Shown here: piece by piece, positions 49,385 to 60,430 of the stretch
Numbering within the stretch: the stretch's first letter is position 1
Layout: each line of letters starts with the position of its first letter
Assembly: GCA_963799845.1 (NCBI GenBank)
Contig: CAWCYI010000004.1
Location: 1,280,001 to 1,344,000, forward strand
Length of the DNA stretch: 64,000 nt
Direction: 5' to 3'
Source of the DNA: an uncultured Nitrososphaerota archaeon
GTDB taxonomy: Archaea; Thermoproteota; Nitrososphaeria; Nitrososphaerales; CADDZS01
The notes under the pieces: model-generated
The model's input: only the letters and a program-made list of their open reading frames with translations
Databases searched by the model: none
What the model was told of the DNA's origin: nothing
Made by a program: the position numbers and the translations under genes

Positions 49385-49758
49385 GTGTTGAATTACTCTA
49401 ATACAGAGAAAGAGCTCCTTGCTTCCAAGGATATCTGTCATCTTTCAGCACTGAGCGCAAACGGATGGCCGCACACAGTTCCTACTAGTTATATCTTGAT
49501 TGAAGGTGTGTTCTACATTCCTTCTGATCCTGAATCAAAGAAAGTGAAAACATTCGAAGGAATCCTAAATCGTCAATAACTATCGATGACGAGGTTTCCG
49601 AAGGCGGAATAACACTTGAAAGCGAGGCGAATATCCTCGCGGAGGGAGAAGCTACAGTCTTGAGAGACCAAATGAAAATCCTCAAGGGATGGACGAATAC
49701 TGTTTCAACAATAATAATCAAGCTGGATCCGCTTCGTAAGGCTAGTTGGTCTCTTTGA
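49385..49758 (+). CDS. Pyridoxamine 5'-phosphate oxidase-like split-barrel protein, frameshifted at the A-run near 49547
   Basis: CHLSALSANGWPHTVP...SKKVK, then with A4 to A5 NIRRNPKSSITIDD...KLDPLRKASWSL-stop. Confidence 0.75.
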
Positions 49759-51641
49759 CATTTGAAATAGCCAAAAATGGAATTCCCAAATGCGAAATCG
49801 CAATTCGGGAAAACAGCGAACTCCCGGAACGCTTTGCAGCTTCGGAACTTCAAAAATACTTGCAGCGGATTACAGGCGGACAATTTCCAGTTCGAGAAGC
49901 AAAAGAAAAGACAAAATCTACGTCAAATCGAAAGAAGTTACCAGTGATCATGGTTGGAGGCACACCAGCTTCTCGATCCAGTAAGTCCAGTAAGCAGAGA
50001 GAGGACGACAGCTTTTCAATCACTAGAACCAGAGCGAGTTTGGCAATTTCAGGCAATAACCCCCGGGCAACTCTTTTCGGGGTCTACTGGCTTATTCGGC
50101 AGCTGGGCGTCTCATTTCTTGCACCGGAATTCGATTATTACAGCCGTTTGGGCGGGAGTGAATTTGTCACTCTAAATCGTGACCTCAAAGTCTCTGAAAC
50201 ATGCTTCGGGACTCATAGACCCACTTTCGCTTGGCGACCGAAAGACATCGGAGAGGGGGCGAGCCACACAAAATCGAACATTTTACCATTGATAGATTGG
50301 ATGGCAAAAATGGGACACAACATACTGCGGTGCCCATCGCATGGCGAGGGAACCCATAGCAATCCTCACAGGACGAGCTGGGATATGTGGCGAGACTTCG
50401 TAACTCCTGAGTTGAAGAAAAGAGGAATCCTGATCCAGGTAGGCCAGCACGGGTATCAGAACTATTTGCCCACAGAGGAATACTTTCACGACCATCCGGA
50501 ATGGTTCGGCGAACTCAACGGGAAACGCGTTCCGATGAGCGAGTGCGTATTCTGCACTTCGAATTCTGATGTTTTGCAAGAATTCAAGAAGAATGTGATA
50601 AGCTACATTAAAGCGCGTCCGGAAATCAATATTTTTGATCTGTGGCCCCCAGACTCTGTTCCTTGGTGTGATTGCTCTAACTGCGTTGCATTGGGGAGCG
50701 AGTCCGAAAGACACGCTATAGTCGTTGAAACGATCAGGAGTGCCCTGAAAAGAGAGTGACCAGATGTCAAGTTAGGAATCCTCGCTTATGTCCACTATAC
50801 CGAGTTTCCCGAAAGGACTCCGATTTCATCGGAAGTTCGATTGGATTTTTGCCCGATTTATCGCGATTACAAATACAAGCTCAACGATGTCGTAAGCGAA
50901 TTTAACAGATCGGAATGCTGGGATAAGCTCCTGCGATGGAAGAACGGCTGGGCAGGAGAAATTGTGATCTACGAGTACTACATGAAATACCGATTTCGGA
51001 GTTTTCCGATAGTAATGCCGAGGCTTATTGCAGACGAACACTCGACATACGAAAAACTTGGAATTCGCGGAGTGAGCAGCTACTCCGAACCTGACACTTG
51101 GCTCGCCTACGAGATTTCGCATTGGATGCTCGCGATTTGCGGTTGGAACGGTGCGGTGGATGTGGATAAGGAGGTGCTTCGCTGGGCTTCGCTGCGCGTC
51201 GGCGAAAATCTCTCCGGACGACTTGATGAGGCTCTAAAATTGATGGAGGGAAATCTGCGTGGCCTTTATTCCGGACATTTTGGGTTTCATCCCCTCTGCG
51301 CAGTGGGAAAACTCGCGGTTGCTAAAGACGAGATGCGTGAAAGGGTAAATGCTCTCAAAAATGCCTTGGGAATTCTCGACGAAATTGTGAAAAGCGCAAC
51401 CGCTCTGGGATCAAAGGCTTGGGTTGAACACCTGAGACGAGCTCTCTACTATGCGATATGTGATTTTGAAGTGCAAATTGCTTGGGATCAGAACGATTCC
51501 AGACAGATTGCGCTTGAAAATTACCAAAAGTCGCTTGCCGGCCCGCAGGAAGATTTTGATGGAGTGATTCACTACGGCGAGGCGGGTCGCAGGGGGTTGA
51601 GCATCCATTACGATTCTCTAGAGCTGAAACCTCACTGGTAA
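49755..51641 (+). CDS. DUF4838-like glycoside-hydrolase-fold protein, with in-frame TGA at 50757-50759
   Basis: FAASELQKYLQRITG, DDSFSI, ISGNNPRATLFGVY, EYFHDHPEWF, FCTSN, WCDCSNC; both ORFs share a frame and the sequence after TGA is open (PDVKLGILAY..Y.EFP). Confidence 0.7.
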
Positions 51642-51712
51642 TAGCGCTCAATCAATGTTTTTAGCGAGACCATAGCTGAAGCTGATCGCAAGGTTTTCGG
51701 GGTAAAGTCAAT

Positions 51713-53155
51713 TTGATGAAAGCAATTATCGGCGAAGAGTTTGTGGAAACGGAAAAACGGCTTCAGGTGATGGAGCCAGCAACTGGAAATGTCCTGGATG
51801 AAATACCGAGCCTGAGTATCGAGCAGGTTAGATACGCGATCGATGTCGCATACGATTCTCTCCCGAAACTACAGAGTCTCTCTATCGCTCAAAGAGGTTC
51901 TCTTCTCCGAAAAGTTGCGGAACTCATCAGGAGCGATCCGGAACCCCTTGCAACTCTCATGTCACGAGAAATTGGCAGGCCGTTGAAGAGTTCAAGAGGG
52001 GAAATTCAGAGAACCGCGCAGATTTTCGATCTTGCCTCAACGCAAGCTCGCGAAGTTTTCGCGGGGAGCTTCATACCGCTCGAAGCTTACGACTTTCCAC
52101 CGGGAAATGAAAAGAGAATCGCGATCCTCACGAGAGAACCAATGGGGGTAGTCGCCTCCATCACGCCGTTCAATTTTCCATCTTCGAGCATTGCTCACAA
52201 AGTTGCACCAGCTCTTGCTGTTGGAAACACGGTTGTTCACAAGCCGAGTGTATTTGCTCCGCTTGTTCAAATCAAGATTGGTGAAATTATTCTAAAGGCT
52301 GGTTTTCCAGCCGGTTCATTAAACATAGTGACCGGCGACTCGCGAATGATCGGAAACGAGTTCGTTGAAAACCCAAAGATTTCCCTGATCACGTTTACCG
52401 GCTCGGAAAAGGTGGGCCTCGATCTCGCTAGCAGAGCGACTCTGAGAGGCAAGAGGGCAATAATGGAGCTCGGGGGAAGCGATGCGCAGATAGTCCTGGA
52501 AGATGCGAATTTGGAGAAAGCAGCCGACGCAGCGATCCTGGGCAGGTTCGACTATTCCGGTCAATTCTGCAATTCCACAAAACGGCTTCTTGTCAGAAAG
52601 GAGATCGCGCAAAAATTCACTGAAATGGTGCGCGAACGCCTGATGAAAACCAAGGTTGGAGATCCGATGTCTCTTGACACAACGGTCGGACCACTCATAT
52701 CTAGCGATGCGGTAGCTTCGATGAAAAACTTTGTTGATGATGCCCAGAGAAACGGTGGGCATGTCATATATCAGGGAACGACACCGCAGGGCGGATACTA
52801 CTTTCCTCCAACTCTTATGACGGTTGAGGGTAACAGTGCGAAGGTACTCAGCGAGGAAGTGTTCGGCCCCATCTTTCCCGTGATCGAAATCGGGAGCGAC
52901 GACGAAGCAATCCAGATCGCTAACTCGACTCCGTACGGATTGGATGCCTCAATATTCACCAAAGATTTCCCCCGAGCATACCGGATTGCTGGGAAGCTCA
53001 AGGTAGGAGCCGTGTTGATCAACGACACGACAAGGCTTCGCTGGGACAATCTTCCATTCGGAGGCCCCAAGAAGAGCGGCATTGGGCGGGAGAGCGTGAC
53101 GGACTCGATGATGGAGATGACGGAACCCAAACTGATCGCGTACAATCTTGGATAG
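51713..53155 (+). CDS. NAD(P)-dependent aldehyde dehydrogenase (lactaldehyde dehydrogenase-like)
   Basis: REPMGVVASITPFNFP, FTGS, MELGG, SGQFC, EEVFGP, PFGGPKKSGIGRE. Confidence 0.93.
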   Translation: MMKAIIGEEFVETEKRLQVMEPATGNVLDEIPSLSIEQVRYAIDVAYDSLPKLQSLSIAQRGSLLRKVAELIRSDPEPLATLMSREIGRPLKSSRGEIQRTAQIFDLASTQAREVFAGSFIPLEAYDFPPGNEKRIAILTREPMGVVASITPFNFPSSSIAHKVAPALAVGNTVVHKPSVFAPLVQIKIGEIILKAGFPAGSLNIVTGDSRMIGNEFVENPKISLITFTGSEKVGLDLASRATLRGKRAIMELGGSDAQIVLEDANLEKAADAAILGRFDYSGQFCNSTKRLLVRKEIAQKFTEMVRERLMKTKVGDPMSLDTTVGPLISSDAVASMKNFVDDAQRNGGHVIYQGTTPQGGYYFPPTLMTVEGNSAKVLSEEVFGPIFPVIEIGSDDEAIQIANSTPYGLDASIFTKDFPRAYRIAGKLKVGAVLINDTTRLRWDNLPFGGPKKSGIGRESVTDSMMEMTEPKLIAYNLG

Positions 53156-53165
53156 GTGTAGATAA

Positions 53166-54035
53166 TTGGTTCACAGGATAGTCCCGGTAATCACTCCATT
53201 TAGGGCAAATAGAGTTGATATTGAGAAGCTCAAGCACCACGCTCGCGCACTCTTGGATGATGGGATGGATTTCTTGTTCATCGCCGGAACGACTGGCCTT
53301 GGACCCTCTTTGACCTCGGATGAAAAACTGCAGATGGTTGACGAGCTTCAAGAATTCTCATCAAAGTTGATTCTACAGGCAAGTTCGCTGGATCTTGCGG
53401 AGAGCGTGAAGCTAGCGGAGCATGCAAAGCGTTTGCATCTTCACGCGATCGCCTCCTACCCGCCGTACTTCTATCCAAGAATGCAGGATGATTGGGTTGT
53501 AAAGTACTTCCTTACGCTCTCCAAGATTTACCCGTTGCTCGCATACAATTATCCGCTCGCGACCGGGTACGAAATCGCGCCCGGAATTATCAAGAGGGTT
53601 ATTCAGGGCGGGGGCAACGTGATTGGTGTCAAAGATACTCTTCCAGAGCTTGCGCACATGCTCTCGTTCAAGTACCAGCTCGGAAATGATTTCCTCGTGT
53701 ACTCCGGTCCGGATACCGTCGTCACGTCGGCGGTAAGATCCGGATTGGACGGTTCAGTTGCGGGCAGCGCCAATTATGTCCCCGAGCTTCTCATAAAAGC
53801 CACCGACGTTGATTCGCCTTTGTCCGATGCTCTGAAGGCGCAAAAAACCATTACATCTCTCGCCGGCCTATCGAGGAAGTATGGCCAGTGGTCTGCAAAC
53901 TATAACCTCGTCAAGATAATCCGGGGATACGATGTTGGAGTCCCGCGAGAGCCGATCTATGCTCTTGGAAACGATGTGGAAGAAAAACTCGCGGCGGAGG
54001 CTCGCGCGGCGTATCCACTAATGAAATCGAAGTAG
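53166..54035 (+). CDS. 2-keto-3-deoxygluconate-type class I aldolase (DHDPS/NAL family)
   Basis: PVITPF, AGTTGLGPSL, PPYFYPRM, YNYPLATG, GVKDT, VYSGPD; pattern of the Sulfolobus-type KD(P)G aldolase. Confidence 0.85.
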   Translation: MVHRIVPVITPFRANRVDIEKLKHHARALLDDGMDFLFIAGTTGLGPSLTSDEKLQMVDELQEFSSKLILQASSLDLAESVKLAEHAKRLHLHAIASYPPYFYPRMQDDWVVKYFLTLSKIYPLLAYNYPLATGYEIAPGIIKRVIQGGGNVIGVKDTLPELAHMLSFKYQLGNDFLVYSGPDTVVTSAVRSGLDGSVAGSANYVPELLIKATDVDSPLSDALKAQKTITSLAGLSRKYGQWSANYNLVKIIRGYDVGVPREPIYALGNDVEEKLAAEARAAYPLMKSK

Positions 54036-55134
54036 CTTCGAATCGGACGATTCCGGAATCGGTTCAACGGGCGCGATTCCCAGGCCCGGTCCGTCTACCT
54101 GTATTGACTGCTTGTCCAATTTCCCCTTGAATTCGAAATACTTTGCCGGGATTTCGTTGGGCGGGCTTTCGATTATTGCCGATCGGTCAAACGACGAAGC
54201 GACCTGCGCTCCGGCAACCAGACCGACCCATCCGTTGTGGGGCCGATTATGAAGAGCTACTCTTGAGCCATGAGACATGACTGCCTCGACAATTTCGCTT
54301 AGAGTCTGTTATGCCGCCGCACTTCGCCACGTCAGGCTGATAAAAAGTGAGAGAGTCAGTCTCGAGCAGTCTGCGATATTCGTGGATGCTGAAAAAGTTC
54401 TCACCGGCTGCCACAGGTCCAATTCGATTCAATTTTCGCAGCGACTCGAAATCATCGGGAGGCCAGACGGGCTCTTCTATCCACTTTAATTCAAATGGTC
54501 CGACCCGTCGCATAAATTCCTCTGCGGCGGAGTAACTAAATCCACAGTTCAGATCAACCATCAGTTCAAAATTTTTTCCAAAAGACTGTCTCAGAATTCT
54601 TACTCCGTCAAGTGTATCTTCTGCCGACTGATGAATTTTGATTGATTTGTATCCCTGCTCAATCAGATTTCCAACAGCGTCCCTGAGCTTTTTATTGTCC
54701 GAATATCTCGACAGGGAAACATATCGAGCTAATTTAGGCGGTGAGGTTGACTTTCCTCCCAACAACCTGAACAGCGACGAATAATGTTTTTTCCCTCGAA
54801 TATCCCAGAGAGCGATGTCAATTCCGGACATCGCGCCCGTCGTTATGCCATAGCCTCCGGTGAAACTCATCCTGCGCATCGTTTTCCAAAGTTTTTTGAT
54901 CCCGGCTTCGTTCTCTCCAGTGATTCCCTCGGCAAATCTCTGAATCATTGCTATGTACGGTTCCCTCGTATTGCCTGCCGCAGGAAGCACTTCGCCCCAG
55001 CCAACTACCCCACTCGCAGTCAGCCTCACAAACAACTGGTTGCTCCATTCGGCAATCCAGAGCTGCGGCGGTACAGTCTCAGAAAGCGGAATTGAACCCC
55101 TCCTGATCTGGATTTCTTCAATCATCGTGGGCAC
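54018..55134 (-). CDS. Mandelate racemase/enolase-superfamily sugar-acid dehydratase, frameshifted near 54305
   Basis: GWGE, SGIDIALWDIRGK, KIH, LMVDLN, WIEEP, AAGEN, QPDVAKCGGIT; removing one base joins the 54018-54278 ORF (GPGLG). Confidence 0.85.
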
Positions 55135-55221
55135 ACGACGATTTTTCGTGAATCATATTCAAACTTTCGGACCAAGTACTAATGAAAATTTAAATCCGAA
55201 CCATAGAAAAGATGCAAAAAT

Positions 55222-55506
55222 ATGATGACCAAAGCGCTGATTCACGCTCACCCTGATTTTGTTGCAGTTGCAACTGACGATATAGCAAAAGGTGAAGAGA
55301 TCGTTGCTGTTTATATGGATGACAACAAGCAAACTTCTGTCCGAAGTAAGGAGGACATCGCTCTGGGACACAAGATTGCTCTAAGAAATATTGGAAAAGG
55401 CGAGAAGGTTATCGAGTACGGAGATGTCATCGGTGCTGCGATGAAGGACATCGCAACCGGGGAGCACGTGCACGTTCACAACTTGAAGTCGCTGAGATGG
55501 CAGTAG
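55222..55506 (+). CDS. suyA: Sulfolactate sulfo-lyase alpha subunit-like (UxaA SAF domain)
   Basis: ALIHAHPDFVAVATDDI, DIALGHKIAL, VIEYG..IG, GEHVHVHNLKSLRW. Confidence 0.75.
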   Translation: MMTKALIHAHPDFVAVATDDIAKGEEIVAVYMDDNKQTSVRSKEDIALGHKIALRNIGKGEKVIEYGDVIGAAMKDIATGEHVHVHNLKSLRWQ

Positions 55507-56669
55507 GTGCAGAGCAATTGACAACCTTCATGGGATTTGAAAGAGAAAACGGCAGGGTCGGAACCAGAAATCACGTCCTGATCATTCCTCTTGATGACCT
55601 GTCCAACTCGTCGGCGGTCGCGGTCGAGAAGGAGATTTGGGGAACTCGGGCGATCCCCCATCCTTACGGTCGACTGCAGTTTGGAGCTGATCTCGATCTG
55701 ATGTTCAAAACGCTCTCCGGATTTGGGAAGAATCCAAACGTCGCGAGCGCAATCGTCATCGGGATTGAACCGAACTGGACGCAGAAGATCGCGGACGACA
55801 TCGCGAAGACTGGAAAAAACGTCGAAGCTCTTTCCATCGAGGAGAACGGGGATCTCAAGACAATTGAAAGGGCTTCGAGGTTCGCAAAGAAGATGGTAGT
55901 CGATGCCTCTGAGAAACAACGGAAAGAATTTGATGTGTCAAACCTCGTGGTCAGCACAAAATGCGGAGAGTCTGACACAACATCTGGTTTAGCATCAAAC
56001 CCGACCGTCGGTGTTCTTTATGACCGACTCGTCGATGAAGGTGCAACCCTCTTGATCGGAGAGACTTCAGAACTAACCGGCGCTGAACAGTATTTCGCCC
56101 AAAAGATGGTGACCCCCGAGCTCAAGCGAAAGTTCCTCAAAATGTTTGATGACTATACCAAGGAGTTGACGAGCAAGGGGGCTGATCTGTTCGGCTCGCA
56201 GCCAACGCAGGGCAACATCAAAGGAGGACTGAGTACCATCGAAGAAAAGGCACTAGGAAACATCCAGAAAGCCGGAAAGAGCCCGATGGTGGATGTCCTG
56301 GAGTACGCGGAAGAACCCACGAAAAAGGGGCTGAGCTTCATGAACTCTTCCTCAGCGGCTGCGGAATGCGTCACGCTGTTTGCTGCGGCCGGAGCAGTGG
56401 TGCACGTTTTTCCCACCGGGCAGGGTAACGTTATAGGAAATCCCATCGAGCCGGTCATCAAAATCTCCGCGAATCCGAAAACAGTCAGGACGATGTCAGA
56501 ACACATAGATCTCGACGTGTCCGGCTTGTTGCGACACGAGATCAATCTGAAGGAAGCTGGAGATCGCCTGTACAAACTTCTGATCAAGACTGCCTCCGGA
56601 AGAATGTGCGCGAACGAGGTTTTAGGACACTTTGAATTCGCTCCGACGAAACTGTACATTTCAGCGTAA
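55497..56669 (+). CDS. suyB: Sulfolactate sulfo-lyase beta subunit-like (UxaA family)
   Basis: RENGRVGTRNHVLIIPLDDLSN, PHPYGRLQFGADL, VIGIEP, STKCGESDTT, SQPTQGNI, SSAAAECVT, FPTGQGNVIGNPI, KLYISA; pattern recalled for SuyB rather than altronate or galactarate dehydratase. Confidence 0.78.
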   Translation: MAVGAEQLTTFMGFERENGRVGTRNHVLIIPLDDLSNSSAVAVEKEIWGTRAIPHPYGRLQFGADLDLMFKTLSGFGKNPNVASAIVIGIEPNWTQKIADDIAKTGKNVEALSIEENGDLKTIERASRFAKKMVVDASEKQRKEFDVSNLVVSTKCGESDTTSGLASNPTVGVLYDRLVDEGATLLIGETSELTGAEQYFAQKMVTPELKRKFLKMFDDYTKELTSKGADLFGSQPTQGNIKGGLSTIEEKALGNIQKAGKSPMVDVLEYAEEPTKKGLSFMNSSSAAAECVTLFAAAGAVVHVFPTGQGNVIGNPIEPVIKISANPKTVRTMSEHIDLDVSGLLRHEINLKEAGDRLYKLLIKTASGRMCANEVLGHFEFAPTKLYISA

Positions 56670-56732
56670 ATATCTCCACTGCCAAGATACGTGTTTGGCC
56701 TCCAGGCCTGTCCTAATTTTTACGAGAACAGA

Positions 56733-57536
56733 TTAGGTTGAAGCTTCAACAAGTTTCTCTGGAGTGGCTGACAAAAGATCCTTCGTATACTGCTCCTTGG
56801 GATTTCCGAGGACATTGTCTTTGCTTCCATATTCCACAATCCTTCCTTTTTGCATGATCGCGACATCATCGCAGATATCAGCAGCGATAGATAGATCATG
56901 AGTGATCAGAAGGAATGACGTATTGAACTCCGTTTTCAGTCTCTGAAGAAGTTCGAGAATGGAGTTTCGATGAATGGAGTCAATCATCGTTGTCGGTTCG
57001 TCGGCCACCGCATAAACCGGATTTGTAATAAATGCCCTCGCGATCATAATCCTTTGTCTTTCCCCACCACTAAGTTCCTGCACTCTTTTGTCCAGAAAAG
57101 TCATGTCCAGTCCGATAACCTCCATCATCCGCGCTATTGGTTCCCGGAGTTCCTTTTGCTTCCAATTGAGCAGGAATCTCAATGGCCTTTCGAGCACTTC
57201 CCGAACCGACATGTACGGATCAAGCGAACTGTAAGGATCCTGATGGATGTACTGAGCCTTTACCCAGAGTTGTTTTCGATCTTTGATCTTTCCGACGTCG
57301 ATCCCGTCAACAAGGACACGACCCTTGCTCGCCGGCGTTAGCGCGACAGAGATTCTTGCCGCAGTTGTCTTGCCTGAACCACTTTGACCGACAAGTCCAA
57401 GTATCTTCCCCTTTCCGATGCTAAAAGAAATATCATCTACCGCGGTTACGATATTCTTGTTTCTGTCCCTGAAGTACTTGCTGACCGATTGGAATTCAAC
57501 GATTGTTGGTGAGCTCAAAAATTCACTCCCCTCCAT
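56733..57536 (-). CDS. Opp/Dpp-type ABC transporter ATPase (OppF-like)
   Basis: GQSGSGKTT, QDPYSSLDP, LSGGERQR, DEPT, ITHD. Confidence 0.92.
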   Translation of the reverse strand: MEGSEFLSSPTIVEFQSVSKYFRDRNKNIVTAVDDISFSIGKGKILGLVGQSGSGKTTAARISVALTPASKGRVLVDGIDVGKIKDRKQLWVKAQYIHQDPYSSLDPYMSVREVLERPLRFLLNWKQKELREPIARMMEVIGLDMTFLDKRVQELSGGERQRIMIARAFITNPVYAVADEPTTMIDSIHRNSILELLQRLKTEFNTSFLLITHDLSIAADICDDVAIMQKGRIVEYGSKDNVLGNPKEQYTKDLLSATPEKLVEAST

Positions 57537-58494
57537 AGAGAAAACAAGCAACCTTACGCCCATCAGGAGTTACGATAGTCTCTGGAAATTTCTCGGAACA
57601 TATCTTCATGGCGTATGGACAAAACACAACATACGGACAAGACTCACTTCCAAGACTGGAAATCGATGGATCGCTTCTGTTAACCGCTTTCTCTTTCTTT
57701 CCTCCTATTCGAATCGAGCTTATCAATAATTTCGTGTATGGGTGAAGCGGATTCGCAATAACTTCTTTGGTCTTGCCCTCCTCGATTTGGCGCCCCCTGA
57801 ACATTACTACGAGCCGATCTGTCATTAAGGCGTGGACAGAGATGTCATGCGAGATGAATATGATGCTCCGGATCTTTGAATCCTTCCTCAATGACTTGAT
57901 TACTTTGAGAATAGAGGATTGTGTTATAGTATCCAAAGCGGTCGTCGGTTCGTCTGCGACTAAAATCGTCGGATTTGTGGAGATAGCCATCGCAATGGCA
58001 ACACGTTCCTTCATGCCGCCACTTAGTTGGTGGGGATAAGCATCAATTACCGAAGGATCAAGTTCCACCAGCTTTAGCGTCTCCCGAACTAATTCCTTCG
58101 CTTCATTTTTGTTAGCAGTTACTTTTTTGCTCTTCAAAAGATCAACAAAACTGGTGCCCACAGTAGTTACAGGGTCTAGAGTGTTCATTGAAGCTTGGAA
58201 AATCATTGATGCCTTACTCCACCTGTAAGTCCTCAGCTCAGAATCGTTCATTTCAAGCACATTCTTTTGATCTACCATAATCCGACCAGTCACAACGTTG
58301 GGTTTGGTTATCATACCCAGAATCGCCCAACCGACTGTACTTTTGCCGGCTCCACTTTCGCCCAAAAGTCCAACCGATTCACCAATTTGGAGTTCCAGTC
58401 CAAAGCTCTTGACAGCTTGAATGTTGTGATTTCTTGTTACATACTCAACGTCTAGGTTTTCGATGTCAAGACTAACGTTGGTGCTGTCTCCCAA
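57523..58494 (-). CDS. Opp/Dpp-type ABC transporter ATPase (OppD-like)
   Basis: GESGAGKST, YPHQLSGGM, DEPTTALD, PLHPYT, C-terminal Cys cluster. Confidence 0.92.
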   Translation of the reverse strand: MGDSTNVSLDIENLDVEYVTRNHNIQAVKSFGLELQIGESVGLLGESGAGKSTVGWAILGMITKPNVVTGRIMVDQKNVLEMNDSELRTYRWSKASMIFQASMNTLDPVTTVGTSFVDLLKSKKVTANKNEAKELVRETLKLVELDPSVIDAYPHQLSGGMKERVAIAMAISTNPTILVADEPTTALDTITQSSILKVIKSLRKDSKIRSIIFISHDISVHALMTDRLVVMFRGRQIEEGKTKEVIANPLHPYTKLLISSIRIGGKKEKAVNRSDPSISSLGSESCPYVVFCPYAMKICSEKFPETIVTPDGRKVACFLYGGE

Positions 58495-58557
58495 ATTCTT
58501 CCACTATTCCCTCGTCTCAGCAGACTTTTTCATGAGACATTTTTGATACGTTTCTCC

Positions 58558-59991
58558 TCACGTCACTATTTCTGATATTGCTTTTCTTTTGGCAAATGAA
58601 GCGGGGAAGATAGCTAGGCCATTAATGATGGCAAGAACTACCGCAACAATTTGAAACCCAATGATAAATTCCTGTTTAGCAGCAAATGTTTGCACCTGAG
58701 TCGTATTGCCTAACACTAGAAGGCTGAGTGTTTTAAACGGAATAGCTAATGTCATCAGGAGGATGGCGAAACCAAAACTCAGGGTATCTCCAATATTTGA
58801 AAGCGTAATTCTAAATGCCGACGCTATTCCTCTGCGATTTGCCGGGACCGAACCCATAACTGAGCTAATATTTGGTGGGATCCATAATCCTTCCCCTAGA
58901 CCAAAGGTTACTAGTGCAATAAGCAAGATTGGGATGGTCTTGATTGAGTTAATAAATACAAACATGAAAAAACCTACGCTGCAAATAGCGAGACCAATAA
59001 TCGCGAATTTTCTCGATCCGAATCTGTCTGATAGTCTTCCGCTCAAAGGCGCAACAACCAGCACGGTAAGATCAAGAGCTAGAAATTGTAATCCTGTCTC
59101 AAGAGGCGTATAACCCATTACAACTTGCAAATAGAAAGAGGCCATAATCACTATTCCAGATGAAGCGATTGCGTTGATCAGTTGAGCAATCGATCCTCCA
59201 GCAAATTGCTTAATCTTGAAAAGACTGGGATCAAGCAAAGGAGCAATTTTTCTATCTTTTAGTTCAAGTAGAACAAATTGTATCAGGAGTCCTGATCCAA
59301 CGGCCAGCAATGTGAACCCCCATAAGTAACCAGAAAGACCGTAACTGAGTAATGTAATTGAAAGTAAAACCAAACTTAGTCCAGCGGTAAACAAGACGAA
59401 TCCAATCCAATCCATTTCCCTCTTTTCGATCTTGCCGGAAATATCCTTCAGTCTCTTGTAAGCCCATACTGTACCGAATATCCCTATCGGGATGTTGATG
59501 TAGAATAATGCTCTCCAACTTGTGATGGCAAGTATTACTCCAGATAACGTTAATCCGGCCATAGATCCGATCCTATAAGCAATACTGTTTATACCAAGGA
59601 ATTTCCCTAACTCATTTCTTGGTACGGCGTCAGTGATTATTGCAGCACTGTTAGAAAGAATCATGGAAGCGCCGATGCCCTGTACAATCCGCGCGGCTAT
59701 TAGCTCAAGACCTGTAAATGAAAAGGTTGCAAGCGCAGATCCAATGGTGAACACAAGAAAGCCGTAATTGTATATCCTCACCCTTCCAACCACATCAGCG
59801 GTCCTTCCAATGAACAGTAAACCAATAGTACTTGCGAGAAGATATGCCTGGCTGACCCAAATAATCTGATCTACATTGGCGCCCAGCTGTTTCGCAATAC
59901 TTGGAAGACCGACAAGAACGATTCTCGCATCTACGCCGGCCATGAGGGCGCCCACTGTGGTTACACTTAGGGCGACCCATTTGTATTGCAA
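58558..59991 (-). CDS. MFS transporter (DHA2-like, 14 TM)
   Basis: WVSQAYLL, GRTADVVGR, ARIVQGIG, WRALFYINIPIG, GRLSDRFGSR. Confidence 0.92.
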   Translation of the reverse strand: MQYKWVALSVTTVGALMAGVDARIVLVGLPSIAKQLGANVDQIIWVSQAYLLASTIGLLFIGRTADVVGRVRIYNYGFLVFTIGSALATFSFTGLELIAARIVQGIGASMILSNSAAIITDAVPRNELGKFLGINSIAYRIGSMAGLTLSGVILAITSWRALFYINIPIGIFGTVWAYKRLKDISGKIEKREMDWIGFVLFTAGLSLVLLSITLLSYGLSGYLWGFTLLAVGSGLLIQFVLLELKDRKIAPLLDPSLFKIKQFAGGSIAQLINAIASSGIVIMASFYLQVVMGYTPLETGLQFLALDLTVLVVAPLSGRLSDRFGSRKFAIIGLAICSVGFFMFVFINSIKTIPILLIALVTFGLGEGLWIPPNISSVMGSVPANRRGIASAFRITLSNIGDTLSFGFAILLMTLAIPFKTLSLLVLGNTTQVQTFAAKQEFIIGFQIVAVVLAIINGLAIFPASFAKRKAISEIVT

Positions 59992-60224
59992 TTGATCTCC
60001 TTGATTTCTGGAGAAAAGTAATAAACTGAGATGTCTATGTAACCATCAGAATTCAGGTTGTAATTTCTGTTAAGATCTTGCTGCTTTCGAAAGATTTGTA
60101 TCCGTACATCAGATTAGTCCATGAGGACTAAATTCTTCGTTCGTTTGATTTTGGAGAGACAAGACTGGTTCGCATTTCAGCTTATCAATCCCTACTAGCA
60201 TGTAGCTACGATTCTTCAGCCTGC

Positions 60225-60430
60225 TCACACCCGAGCATTTATACAAGGTCCAACAGATCAATCCTGTTGGTAGAGTAGAGCGACAACTTCAGCGTTAAAC
60301 AGGAAGGATTCGCTTCATGGTAAGCTCGGGCACTCAACCCGCCATACAGAAATCGTAAGCTGAAATCATACGGATCAAGACCCGAGAGCCCAGGTTCACG
60401 GAGGAGAAACCTCGAGCACAGTGAACGGAG
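60225..60430 (+). ncRNA. Candidate structured RNA or orphan IS end
   Basis: Several nested complementary segments: CCCGAGC/GCTCGGG, CCAACAG/CTGTTGG, GGGCACTC/GAGAGCCC, CGTA/TACG, GTTCAC/GTGAAC. Confidence 0.35.

Noticed and set aside
50757-50759. In-frame TGA in the DUF4838-like gene as selenocysteine or programmed readthrough
   Set aside because: It is not at a Cys-like catalytic position, no SECIS was evident, and it fits the AGCT-linked error pattern (GAGCTG to GAGTGA)
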